A stretch of DNA of 62,378 nt, from positions 1 through 62,378 of the forward strand of contig CAVXAT010000009.1 in the NCBI GenBank assembly GCA_963759805.1, in the 5' to 3' direction. This stretch comes from an uncultured bacterium. GTDB taxonomy: Bacteria; Babelota; Babeliae; Babelales; RVW-14. This document shows positions 38,252-47,699 of this stretch, in pieces (positions within the stretch are counted from its first letter, which is position 1; each line of letters begins with the position of its first letter). The notes under the pieces were generated by a model. That model worked only from the letters and a program-made list of their open reading frames with translations. It had not been told where the DNA came from and did no database searches. The position numbers were made by a program, and so were the translations under genes.

Positions 38252-40363
38252 CTACTTTTTAGCTACTTTTTTCTTAACAGTTTTTTTCGTGACAACTTTT
38301 GCTGGTGCCTGTTTTTGATCAGATGATGCTACAAGTGTTGTAGTTCCTGATGCTGAGGTTTTAACTGTGACCCCCGCATTCCCTTTGTTGTAAACATCTC
38401 CCTCACCATCAAGGGCAAAAATTGTTCCGGCTGCGTTTACGGAAATTGAACCAAATCCGCTAGCCTGTTTCTTATCTTTGTCAGTAAGTTGAACCCATTT
38501 TTTTGTTTTGTAGTCTAGATGCCACAGTGACCCATCTTTGCCGACACCGAATATGTGTTTTTCATTGCCGATTGCAACTTCATCTATGTTAGTAGCGCCT
38601 GTGAGTGGTATCCATTTTTTATTAACAAATTCGTAGGCTGATCCACTTTCGCTAACTCCAATAACAATGACAGCTTTTGCAGTTGATAATCCTGTTGCTA
38701 CATAGATGCCATCGCTAATTTTTTTCCAGGATGCAGCTGTTTTGCCATCTTTGCTAGCGGCGGTATGGTTGTAAATAATTTTATCTTCCGATACTGCATA
38801 AATGTGGCTGCTATTTGCTATAGAAATTTGTGCTAGCTTAATGGTAGCTGCATTAGATGCGGGTAATTTCTTCCACACCTTCTTTGTCCAGTCATATTCT
38901 ATGGCTGTTTTATCATCACCACGAATTGCAACCATATTGTCTAATGATGATACTGCAACATCAACCAAAGATGGAATAACATTGTTTGCATCATCTTTGA
39001 GCGCTTGCGCAGTCCAAGGATTGGATTGTGAAGGATCAAATCTGAAAAGTTGTCCGCTTCCATCAGTTGCCCATACTTCTAACCCATCTTTTGCACTACC
39101 GACTGAGATTCTCTTGAAATTGCCTGATATGGCAATAAATCCATCAGGGATATTTAGTGTGATATTGGCCGCTGGAGTAGTAGGGGAAATATTGATTCCT
39201 GTAAATGCGACAGCTGTTGTATCACCGCCAAATCCAACATAAGCTGGCATCATCCCTATGCTGTAAGATGCGCTTAGAAGGTGCGTAGCATGTTCTGTAT
39301 CAGTTATTGGGCTTGATGCGCCATAAACATCAACATAACAAGCATCTGATACAGCAATATTTACAAGAAACCATGTGAAGTTTGTACAAGGGGTACTTTC
39401 AGAGCTGTATGTTACATATGTGCCGCTCAATGTTACACCATTCGATCCAAAATTAATTGTCTGGGAGCCATAGTTACCATAGTAGACCATTCCGCCCGAG
39501 TTATATCCAGCCGATGTTGCAAAGCCGACATAAAAATTTCCGGTAGTAACTGCTTGAAATGTAAGACAAAAATTACTACCAGCGCCTGTTAATCCTGTTT
39601 TCCACGCCTGATTGTGATAATCAAGATATCCACCACTCGTGTATGAGGAAGATGATGGTGTTGCGACTTGAGGGACGACTGCCCGTATAACACTAATTAT
39701 CGTGGAGGAAATTGATGATGGTGTTGCGACTTGAGGGACGACTGCCCGTATAACACTAATATTTGTGAAATCGACCTCATTGGACCAACCTCCAAAGCCA
39801 ATGTATTGAGGGGTAGGAACTATTGGGTTTGTTATTTTCCATTTACACACAACATTTTGACCGGCAACATTCCCTGTACCCAATGCGAGTGTTGGGAGTG
39901 GAGTGGAGAGCGAGGCGTCGCTGGCGAGATATTGTACCCAGTAAGTTTGCCCACTTACCAGATTATATGCTATATCAGCGTTGCCCTTCCCCTGATAACT
40001 GGTCCCAACCAGAATAGAATCATCACTTAAAAAAGTGGAATAATCTGATTTGTATACTAAACTTGCGCGGACACCACCGTCTCTTCCAATTGCAAGCTTA
40101 TAAACATTTCCTGTTTGATCTTGTGTTGCGGAAAGGACTATGACAACGTCGCTAAGTCCACTTGGTAGTGCAGGTGTAAAAAATAATGTATCCCCGGGGG
40201 TGTAGGTCCAGCCTGAATTAAAGGTAACAGTTTTGCTGTTGGCGGGGTAAGTAAAAGATGATGGAGTTAGGGGTTGTGGTGTTGCGGCTTGAGCTTTAAA
40301 AATTAATAAGCCCAAAGCCAAGAGTGCTAACTTGCTTGAAATGCTGAATAGATTTTTTCTCAT
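38252..40363 (-). CDS. Paralogous secreted protein: two FAMeT-like domains, tectonin-like propeller, Lys-rich tail (copy C; tail frameshifted, ancestral stop at 38178)
   Basis: First domain is near-identical to copies A/B, there is no lectin insert, and a 63-bp-period internal duplication lies at 39651-39760. Confidence 0.72.
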   Translation of the reverse strand: MRKNLFSISSKLALLALGLLIFKAQAATPQPLTPSSFTYPANSKTVTFNSGWTYTPGDTLFFTPALPSGLSDVVIVLSATQDQTGNVYKLAIGRDGGVRASLVYKSDYSTFLSDDSILVGTSYQGKGNADIAYNLVSGQTYWVQYLASDASLSTPLPTLALGTGNVAGQNVVCKWKITNPIVPTPQYIGFGGWSNEVDFTNISVIRAVVPQVATPSSISSTIISVIRAVVPQVATPSSSSYTSGGYLDYHNQAWKTGLTGAGSNFCLTFQAVTTGNFYVGFATSAGYNSGGMVYYGNYGSQTINFGSNGVTLSGTYVTYSSESTPCTNFTWFLVNIAVSDACYVDVYGASSPITDTEHATHLLSASYSIGMMPAYVGFGGDTTAVAFTGINISPTTPAANITLNIPDGFIAISGNFKRISVGSAKDGLEVWATDGSGQLFRFDPSQSNPWTAQALKDDANNVIPSLVDVAVSSLDNMVAIRGDDKTAIEYDWTKKVWKKLPASNAATIKLAQISIANSSHIYAVSEDKIIYNHTAASKDGKTAASWKKISDGIYVATGLSTAKAVIVIGVSESGSAYEFVNKKWIPLTGATNIDEVAIGNEKHIFGVGKDGSLWHLDYKTKKWVQLTDKDKKQASGFGSISVNAAGTIFALDGEGDVYNKGNAGVTVKTSASGTTTLVASSDQKQAPAKVVTKKTVKKKVAKK

Positions 40364-40623
40364 AACTATTTCTCCTTGAAAAAATTGGTAAAGTTTTGGA
40401 TTAAAAATAAGAATATTGCTTACGATTGTATAAAATACGACTGAATAGAATCAATGAAATATTTTTGCTCTTCCTCCTTTCTTAAAGCAACTCAGGTCAT
40501 AAAAAATGCAAAAATAAAAAATATATTACATTGCAATTGTAACAAAAATATTATTGAGATTGCAACACCCGTTGTTAAAATTAAAAGAAAAAATGTCTGA
40601 ATGTTGTGTCTGGCTGCTATAAA

Positions 40624-43029
40624 CTATTTTTTTGATTTAGTTTGTTTAGTTTTTGTATTTTTGGTATGTTCTGGTACTGCATGAGCCGGTTCTAGTGCAT
40701 TTACAAGCACTTCATCCATCGATTCAACATAAATTAATTCAAGTGATTTATCCAATTCAGATTCAAATTCTTTGATGTCTTTGGCGTTGCTTTTGGGAAC
40801 AATCACACGAGTAAAACCCATTCTTGATGCAGCCAAGAGCTTTTCTTTCAATCCGCCTACTGCCAGAACTCTTCCTCTCAGCGTAACCTCTCCGGTCATT
40901 GCAGTGTTACAATGCACAGGCCTATGCGTAAGTGCAGAGGCAATAGCAGTGCAAAGAGTTATTCCGGCAGAAGGACCGTCTTTTGGAATTGCGCCTTCCG
41001 GAACGTGAACATGTATGTCATGATCGGAGTAGAAACCGTCTTTTAACCCAAGTTCTTTTGCCTTGGATCTGATGTAACTCATTGCGGCTTGAGCTGATTC
41101 CTGCATAACTTCGCCAAGTTGTCCTGTTAGCGTTAAGCCACCTTTCCCCTTCATGACTGCAATTTCCACCTCAAGAACATCGCCTCCGACCTCTGTCCAG
41201 GCAAGTCCGGTGGCAAGTCCAATGGTATCCTCTCTTCGTTTTTCCTCACGTTTAAACTGAGGAGCTCCAAACCATTTTTCAAGCAGCTCTTCGGTGATCT
41301 CAATCGTTGTAAGCTTTCTGTTTTTAAGTAGGCTTTGAATTGATTTTCTTAATATTTTGGCAATTACACGTTCGAGCTGACGAACGCCTGCCTCTTTTGT
41401 GTACTCATCGATTAATTTTTTAAGAATTGTGTCACTCAAATTAATTTTTTCTTTATCTAAAGCGTGTTCTTTTAATAATTTTGGAATTAAAAAGTGCTTG
41501 GCTATGTCTGCCTTTTCATCAAGTGTGTAACCATTTAGGTAAATTATCTCAAGCCTGTCCATCAATGGATAAGGAATATTATCCACGACGTTTGCAGTTG
41601 CAATGAACATGACTTTTGAAAGATCGTATTCGACTTCAAGAAAGTGGTCAACAAACGCCTTGTTCTGCTCCGGATCAAGTACTTCAAGCATGGCAGATGC
41701 GGGATCACCCCTGAAATCAGCTGACATCTTATCGATCTCATCCAAAACTATAACAGGATTTAGAACTTTTACTTTTTTCATGGCCTGAATTATTTTTCCC
41801 GGCATTGCACCGATGTAAGTACGACGATGCCCACGAATTTCGGCTTCATCTCGCAGGCCTCCCAGCGAAATCCTGACCATTGGACGGCCCAGTGCGTCAG
41901 CAATTGCTTGAGCTAATGATGTTTTTCCAACACCCGGAGGTCCGGATAAGCATATGATAGGAGAACGTCTTAGATTATCTCCGGCATATTTACGAGCGGC
42001 CAAAAATTCGATTACACGTTCTTTTGGCTTTTTCATGCTGGCATGGGAAGCGTTTAATATATCTTCTGCTTGAGTTAGGCTTACTGTGTCTTTGGACTCC
42101 TGTCTCCATGGAACTGTAAGTATCCAATCGACATAATTGCGACTCACAGAGGCTTCAGGTGAAGTTGGTTGCATCTGTTCAAGCCGTTTAAGTTCAGCAT
42201 CGACTTTTTCGAGAGCCTCATTGGGAAGCCCAAGTTTTTTGGCTTTTTTACGAAGCTCGTTAATCTCCTGCTGATAATCCTCTTTTCCAAGTTCACGTTG
42301 AATTGCACGTAACTGCTCTGTTAAATAGTAATCCTTTTGATGCTTTTCAACTTGGCTTTGTACGCGTTTTTTAATCTTTTTTTCTGCTCGAAGTATCTCT
42401 ATCTCTTTTTTGAGTAAAACACAGATTTGTACGGCTCGTTCTTGCAAATCTACGGTTTCAAGTATTTTTTGACGTTCAATGAAGTCAAGCGTCATCTGTA
42501 CGGCGATTGTATCAGTTAGGTAATCAAGATCTTCCGGGCCGCGAAAAAGGCCAAGAATATCGGCAGAAAGTTTCTCATTAAGATAAACATACTCTTTAAA
42601 TAAATCATAAATATTGCGCCATAGTGCTGCATTTTGTGATGCATCCTGTATGGGTAGTGTTGGAAGGTCCAGAGCCATTACGCTGATAAAACCTTCCTCT
42701 TTTTTGAATTCGATGGCTTTTGAGCGAGACAGTCCTTCAACTAAAATTTTCAGTGTGCCGTTTGGCATTTTGGCGATCTGAACAATAACTCCACGTGTTC
42801 CGATTTCAAACAGATCAGCGGCTGTTGGTTGCTCGGCATTCATGGTTTTTTGCGCAACGACAAAAACCTCTTTATTTGTACGCATGGCAGATTCGACCGC
42901 TTTAACCGAAATTTCGCGACCTACAACTACCGGAATAATGCTTCTTGGTAAGGCAACGAGATTTTTTAGTGGCAATACCGGTAAAAATACCGGTTTTCCA
43001 TTTGAAATTAAGTTTTTTGAATCATCCAT
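40624..43029 (-). CDS. lon: ATP-dependent Lon protease
   Basis: LPVLPLK N-domain, GPPGVGKTS, GHRRTYIGAMPG, PKDGPSAG catalytic Ser, GGLKEK. Confidence 0.99.
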   Translation of the reverse strand: MDDSKNLISNGKPVFLPVLPLKNLVALPRSIIPVVVGREISVKAVESAMRTNKEVFVVAQKTMNAEQPTAADLFEIGTRGVIVQIAKMPNGTLKILVEGLSRSKAIEFKKEEGFISVMALDLPTLPIQDASQNAALWRNIYDLFKEYVYLNEKLSADILGLFRGPEDLDYLTDTIAVQMTLDFIERQKILETVDLQERAVQICVLLKKEIEILRAEKKIKKRVQSQVEKHQKDYYLTEQLRAIQRELGKEDYQQEINELRKKAKKLGLPNEALEKVDAELKRLEQMQPTSPEASVSRNYVDWILTVPWRQESKDTVSLTQAEDILNASHASMKKPKERVIEFLAARKYAGDNLRRSPIICLSGPPGVGKTSLAQAIADALGRPMVRISLGGLRDEAEIRGHRRTYIGAMPGKIIQAMKKVKVLNPVIVLDEIDKMSADFRGDPASAMLEVLDPEQNKAFVDHFLEVEYDLSKVMFIATANVVDNIPYPLMDRLEIIYLNGYTLDEKADIAKHFLIPKLLKEHALDKEKINLSDTILKKLIDEYTKEAGVRQLERVIAKILRKSIQSLLKNRKLTTIEITEELLEKWFGAPQFKREEKRREDTIGLATGLAWTEVGGDVLEVEIAVMKGKGGLTLTGQLGEVMQESAQAAMSYIRSKAKELGLKDGFYSDHDIHVHVPEGAIPKDGPSAGITLCTAIASALTHRPVHCNTAMTGEVTLRGRVLAVGGLKEKLLAASRMGFTRVIVPKSNAKDIKEFESELDKSLELIYVESMDEVLVNALEPAHAVPEHTKNTKTKQTKSKK

Positions 43030-43320
43030 GAAATTTAGTTTAAACCCTCTAGCTTTAATCTTTTGAGTAAATGAATACAGACTAATTTTACAAAACTAAA
43101 GATATAATGTAAATAACAATAATTAATTTAATTGACGTTTTGTCCGTATGTTTTATACTTTAAATGAACGATTAGTGGCTAAAAAGTGTATATTTTTTTC
43201 TAATATAAATTTTTACCAAATTTAATTTGAAAACCAAATTTAAAAATGGATAAATGGGTTTAAAAAATGGTAAGATGGGCATTGGATTTAAAAAAAATTA
43301 AATTTAATAAAAGGAAGCTC

Positions 43321-44733
43321 ATGAGTCTTAATTCTGATGGGGCGGGGAGCTCGATAGATGGTTCAAAAGCGCGCAAGGCCGTTCTTTTAAAGGTATACTT
43401 TTTGGCCCAAACTTTCTTTCTGATGACGATTTGTCTTGTGATTTGGCGTCCTTTGAAAATATCAATTTTTTCAAAAATGGTTGGCGCTGCCAGTATTCCA
43501 AGCGCAAAGTTATTCTCCCTTTTATTTATAATTCCGATGATTCTGTTTTATTCAGTGCTTGTTGATGTCTTAAGGCGTCACCAATTGGTTTACTGGTTTA
43601 CATTATTTCATGGGATTATAGGCATAATTTTTTATTTCTTAATATCGCATCCCGTTTACGGAATTCAAAATACGTTTGTGAGCCCAAACCGATGGACCGG
43701 TTGGGCTTTTTATTTTTTCATGGAAAGTTTTGATGCGTTTTTTGCGACAACCTTTTGGGCATTTGCAGATTCAATTTGTAATCCAAAAGATGCAAGAAAC
43801 TACTACGGATATATTGTGGCCGGGTCAAAGATTGGGGGCATTTTGGGGGCCGGAGGACTTTATTTAGCTCTTTCAATGACGTCGGCTAGTTCGCACCTGT
43901 CATTAATTCCCAACTCACTTCTGTTGGGGAGTTGTGCGCTTTTTACAGCTGCATTTTCTATCTATATCTTAAGAAAAAATGTATCACGCGGTTATATGCA
44001 TGGCTATGAAGCTGTTTATCAACTTGAAAAAACCAAAGAAAAGGTAGATCGATCTTGGTTTGAAATGCTAAAAAGCCCAATTGATGGGCTTATTTTGATT
44101 ATAAAAAATCCGTATGTTATGGGCATTTTCTCTCTTTGTGTCTTTTATGAAGTTACCGTTGTAATTTTTGATTTTATGCTTGCTTTGAATGCGGATGCAA
44201 CCTATCCAACGATTGGTGGAATGACCACTTATATGGCATCTTACTATTTTATATACAATTTAATTGGTTTGCCGGTCACTCTGTTTGGGACAACGCCAAT
44301 TTTAAGAATTTTTGGATTGAGAATGTCCCTGTTCGTGTTTCCAATCGTATGTTTAATTTTCTTAATAATTACGTTAGTTAGCCCAACTACAGGTGTTATT
44401 TTTTGGGTGCTTGTTGGGATGAGAGCTTTTAATTATGCGCTCAATCATCCAACCAGAGAAGTTTTATATATACCCACAACAAAAGAGATTAAGTTTAAAG
44501 CTAAGGCTTGGACAGATGCTTTTGGTTCTCGAATTGCCAAAAGTTTTGGATCAGCCTTTAATGCATCATTGCAAAGTGTTTCAGCCGCCACAGCTATGTT
44601 TTCCAGTATAGGGCTAAGTTTGGGTTTAACATCTTTGTGGATTGTTATTGTGTATTTTTTGGGCAGGACTCTTCAAGATGCAATAGATAATAAAAAAATC
44701 ATTGGTGAGACTTCAACTTTAGATAAAGATTAA
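43321..44733 (+). CDS. Nucleotide transporter (NTT/TLC ATP/ADP translocase family)
   Basis: About 12 TM helices, RPLK.SIF, FWAFADSI, RAFNYALNHPTREVLYIPT..IKFKAKAWTD.FGSR.AKS. Confidence 0.9.
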   Translation: MSLNSDGAGSSIDGSKARKAVLLKVYFLAQTFFLMTICLVIWRPLKISIFSKMVGAASIPSAKLFSLLFIIPMILFYSVLVDVLRRHQLVYWFTLFHGIIGIIFYFLISHPVYGIQNTFVSPNRWTGWAFYFFMESFDAFFATTFWAFADSICNPKDARNYYGYIVAGSKIGGILGAGGLYLALSMTSASSHLSLIPNSLLLGSCALFTAAFSIYILRKNVSRGYMHGYEAVYQLEKTKEKVDRSWFEMLKSPIDGLILIIKNPYVMGIFSLCVFYEVTVVIFDFMLALNADATYPTIGGMTTYMASYYFIYNLIGLPVTLFGTTPILRIFGLRMSLFVFPIVCLIFLIITLVSPTTGVIFWVLVGMRAFNYALNHPTREVLYIPTTKEIKFKAKAWTDAFGSRIAKSFGSAFNASLQSVSAATAMFSSIGLSLGLTSLWIVIVYFLGRTLQDAIDNKKIIGETSTLDKD

Positions 44734-44744
44734 TTGGAGAATGT

Positions 44745-46148
44745 ATGTCCGTGCGATTTTTTGGTGTTATTAGATCTTGGATTGATAATTTTTTTAACAT
44801 TGAGAAAAATGACAGAATAAAACTTGTCAATCTAGCGATCACATTCTTTTTTATTATTGGTTCATATTCGGTATTAAGATCATTGAAGGCTTCAATATTT
44901 CTTGGTTTTGTGGGGCGGGAGTATCAGCCGCTGGCAAAAATAGTAGCTTTAGCAATGTTATTTCCCGTGATGTTTTTATACTCAAAAATGGTTGATAAAG
45001 TTCGTAGATATCAGGTTGTGCTGATTGTCTTTATGGTTTATGCAGTAATTTGCATAATATTTGCAGCAATTTTTACACATCCGGTTTACGGCATAAGAAA
45101 TTCAGTAACATCTCCATACAGACTCGTTGGATGGTTGTTTGAATTTTTCATGGATTTTTACCAGGCTTTGATTGTGTCAGGATTTTGGAGCTTTGTTACC
45201 TCCATAAGTACCCCTGATTTTGCCAACAAAACATACGGAATTATTGTAGCTGCATCCAGAATTGGTGGAATGGCATCAACCGGGCTAAGTGTAATTTTGC
45301 TGAGTAATAATTTCTTGGAAGGGTGGCAGTCAATCTCATTCTTAACATTCTTATCGGCTATTTTACTTTTATGTGCGGCATTCTTCTTGTATCAGATTGT
45401 CAGAAAGATTCCGCGCAATGAACTGCATGGCTATGAGGCTGCATATGTAGCTAGTGCTCAAAAAGAACAAAACAGCAAAAAAACCGGCATATTTGAAGGG
45501 CTTCGATTGATGATTACGGAGCCGTATGTTATGGGTATTTTTGGGATGGTTTGCTCTTTTGAAATTATCAATATAATTTTTGATTACAAAATGGAAGTTT
45601 TGATGTCTATAGAGACTCACAATAACATACATGCTATGAGTCGATTTATGATGATTTATACAGGCTCATTTCAGGCTCTTAGCTTTTTTCTGGCATTTTT
45701 TGGAACGACGGCATTTTTGAAGTATGTCGGTGTTAGGGCCGGCATTTTCGTGATGCCATTGTCAATGTTAATTCTTGGATTTGTTCTTTTTTCTTATCCG
45801 AGCTTGAGTACAATTTTTGTGGTTTTGGTAATCTCCAGAGCATTAAATTATGGCTTTAATAATCCAATGAGAGAAGTGCTTTATATTCCAACAATTAAAG
45901 ATATTCAGTTCAAATCTAAGGCGTGGATTGATTCGTTCGGTCGTACAGTTTCAAAATCATCAGGATCTACAATAAATTTGATGACTGCGTTTCAGAGCGT
46001 AGGGTTGCAGACTGCCATCATGTTTGTGTTTATAACATCTGTTTCATCAGTGTGGTTGATAATTGCGTATATGATGGGAAGAAAATACGTTAAAACTGTT
46101 GAAAACAATGAAGTTATTGGCATAAATAATAATGGTAGTAATATATAA
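44745..46148 (+). CDS. Second nucleotide transporter (NTT/TLC family)
   Basis: YSVLRSLK.SIF and RALNYGFNNPMREVLYIPT..IQFKSKAWIDSFGR..SKS. Confidence 0.9.
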   Translation: MSVRFFGVIRSWIDNFFNIEKNDRIKLVNLAITFFFIIGSYSVLRSLKASIFLGFVGREYQPLAKIVALAMLFPVMFLYSKMVDKVRRYQVVLIVFMVYAVICIIFAAIFTHPVYGIRNSVTSPYRLVGWLFEFFMDFYQALIVSGFWSFVTSISTPDFANKTYGIIVAASRIGGMASTGLSVILLSNNFLEGWQSISFLTFLSAILLLCAAFFLYQIVRKIPRNELHGYEAAYVASAQKEQNSKKTGIFEGLRLMITEPYVMGIFGMVCSFEIINIIFDYKMEVLMSIETHNNIHAMSRFMMIYTGSFQALSFFLAFFGTTAFLKYVGVRAGIFVMPLSMLILGFVLFSYPSLSTIFVVLVISRALNYGFNNPMREVLYIPTIKDIQFKSKAWIDSFGRTVSKSSGSTINLMTAFQSVGLQTAIMFVFITSVSSVWLIIAYMMGRKYVKTVENNEVIGINNNGSNI

Positions 46149-46189
46149 AAAATTATATTTTGTATTTTTAAAAAAAGATTGGTGAAAGC

Positions 46190-47695
46190 ATGGATAGAAA
46201 AGATCAAGAGCAAGCTACCCAGGATGTCGTTGAAACAGGTGTAAATGAGCATGAGATTCGGCTTGCCAAAGTTAAAGATATGATTGCAGCCGGTAAAAGT
46301 CCATGGCCAGCTTTCAAACCTGTGAGCATGACTACGCAACAAGCAATTTCTGAATTCGAAAAAGATCCTCTCTCTCCCAAAGTTATTACGGTTGCGGGTC
46401 GATTAATAAGACTACGAGACCATGGGAAAAGCTTTTTTGGACATATTCAGGATCGTGCCGGTGTTTTGCAGGTTTACATAAAAAAAGATGAGGTTGGTGA
46501 CGAGTCATTTGAAAACTTTAAAAAATTCGTTGATGTTGGAGATATCATCTGGTTGCAAGGTGTGATATTTACAACTAAAACGGGTGAAATTACATTAAAA
46601 GTTTCAGTAGTCGATCTAATTAGTAAATGCCTACATCCACTTCCGGAAAAATTTCATGGTTTAACGGATACTGAGCAGCGTTATCGTCAGCGTTATCTTG
46701 ATCTGATAAGTAATCCTGAAAGCAGAGAAAAATTCAAAAAACGCTCCGGAATTGTTCAAGCGATCAGAAATTTTTTGCAAAATGCTGATTTCATGGAAGT
46801 CGAAACTCCGATGTTGCACGCCATTCCCGGTGGGGCCGCAGCAAGACCGTTTGTTACTCATCATAATGCGTATGATATGGAACTTTTTCTGCGCATAGCC
46901 CCTGAGCTTTTTTTAAAGCGTCTTGTAATCGGTGGTTTTGAAAGAGTATTTGAAATCAACAGAAATTTTAGAAACGAAGGTATTTCAACACGACACAATC
47001 CTGAATTTACTACACTTGAATTTTATATGGCACATGGTGATTACAAAGCCGGAATGGAATTAACTGAACAACTGATAAGTTATGTGGTTAATAAAAATTT
47101 CCCATCGCCAAAGATTATGTTTCAAGATAATATTCTCGATTTTACTCCCCCATTCAAACGTTTAACCATGGAAGATTCTTTAATTCAAATTGGTGGTCTG
47201 ACCAAAGAACAGACAAGCGAAAAAAACATAGATACTCTTATCACTGAAAATAAAATAGAGATCTCATTAAAAGCTCCATACGGTTCAAAAATATTTGCTT
47301 TATTTGAACATTTTGTTGAAGGTAAGATTGTTCAACCTACTTTTATTACTGGTTATCCAATCGAAACATCTCCTCTTGCAAAACGCGATGAAAACAATCC
47401 AAATGTTGCAGCTCGCTTTGAGCTGTTTGCAAGTGGCATGGAATTGGCAAACGGCTTTACTGAGTTAAACGATCCATTCGATCAGGCAGAACGTTTCAAA
47501 GGACAGGTAGAAGCTAGAAAATTAGGCGATCAAGAGGCTCATCACTACGATGCGGATTATGTGTTTGCCCTTGAGCATGCACTTGCCCCAACTGTTGGTG
47601 TTGGAATAGGAATTGATCGATTGATTATGTTTCTGACGAATACAAGTTCAATCAAAGACGTTATTCTTTTCCCAACGCTCAAGCAAGTAAAATAG
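46190..47695 (+). CDS. lysS: Lysyl-tRNA synthetase (class II)
   Basis: RYRQRYLDL, GGAAARPF, LRIAPEL, FRNEG..HNPEF, GIGIDRL. Confidence 0.99.
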   Translation: MDRKDQEQATQDVVETGVNEHEIRLAKVKDMIAAGKSPWPAFKPVSMTTQQAISEFEKDPLSPKVITVAGRLIRLRDHGKSFFGHIQDRAGVLQVYIKKDEVGDESFENFKKFVDVGDIIWLQGVIFTTKTGEITLKVSVVDLISKCLHPLPEKFHGLTDTEQRYRQRYLDLISNPESREKFKKRSGIVQAIRNFLQNADFMEVETPMLHAIPGGAAARPFVTHHNAYDMELFLRIAPELFLKRLVIGGFERVFEINRNFRNEGISTRHNPEFTTLEFYMAHGDYKAGMELTEQLISYVVNKNFPSPKIMFQDNILDFTPPFKRLTMEDSLIQIGGLTKEQTSEKNIDTLITENKIEISLKAPYGSKIFALFEHFVEGKIVQPTFITGYPIETSPLAKRDENNPNVAARFELFASGMELANGFTELNDPFDQAERFKGQVEARKLGDQEAHHYDADYVFALEHALAPTVGVGIGIDRLIMFLTNTSSIKDVILFPTLKQVK

Positions 47696-47699
47696 TACG

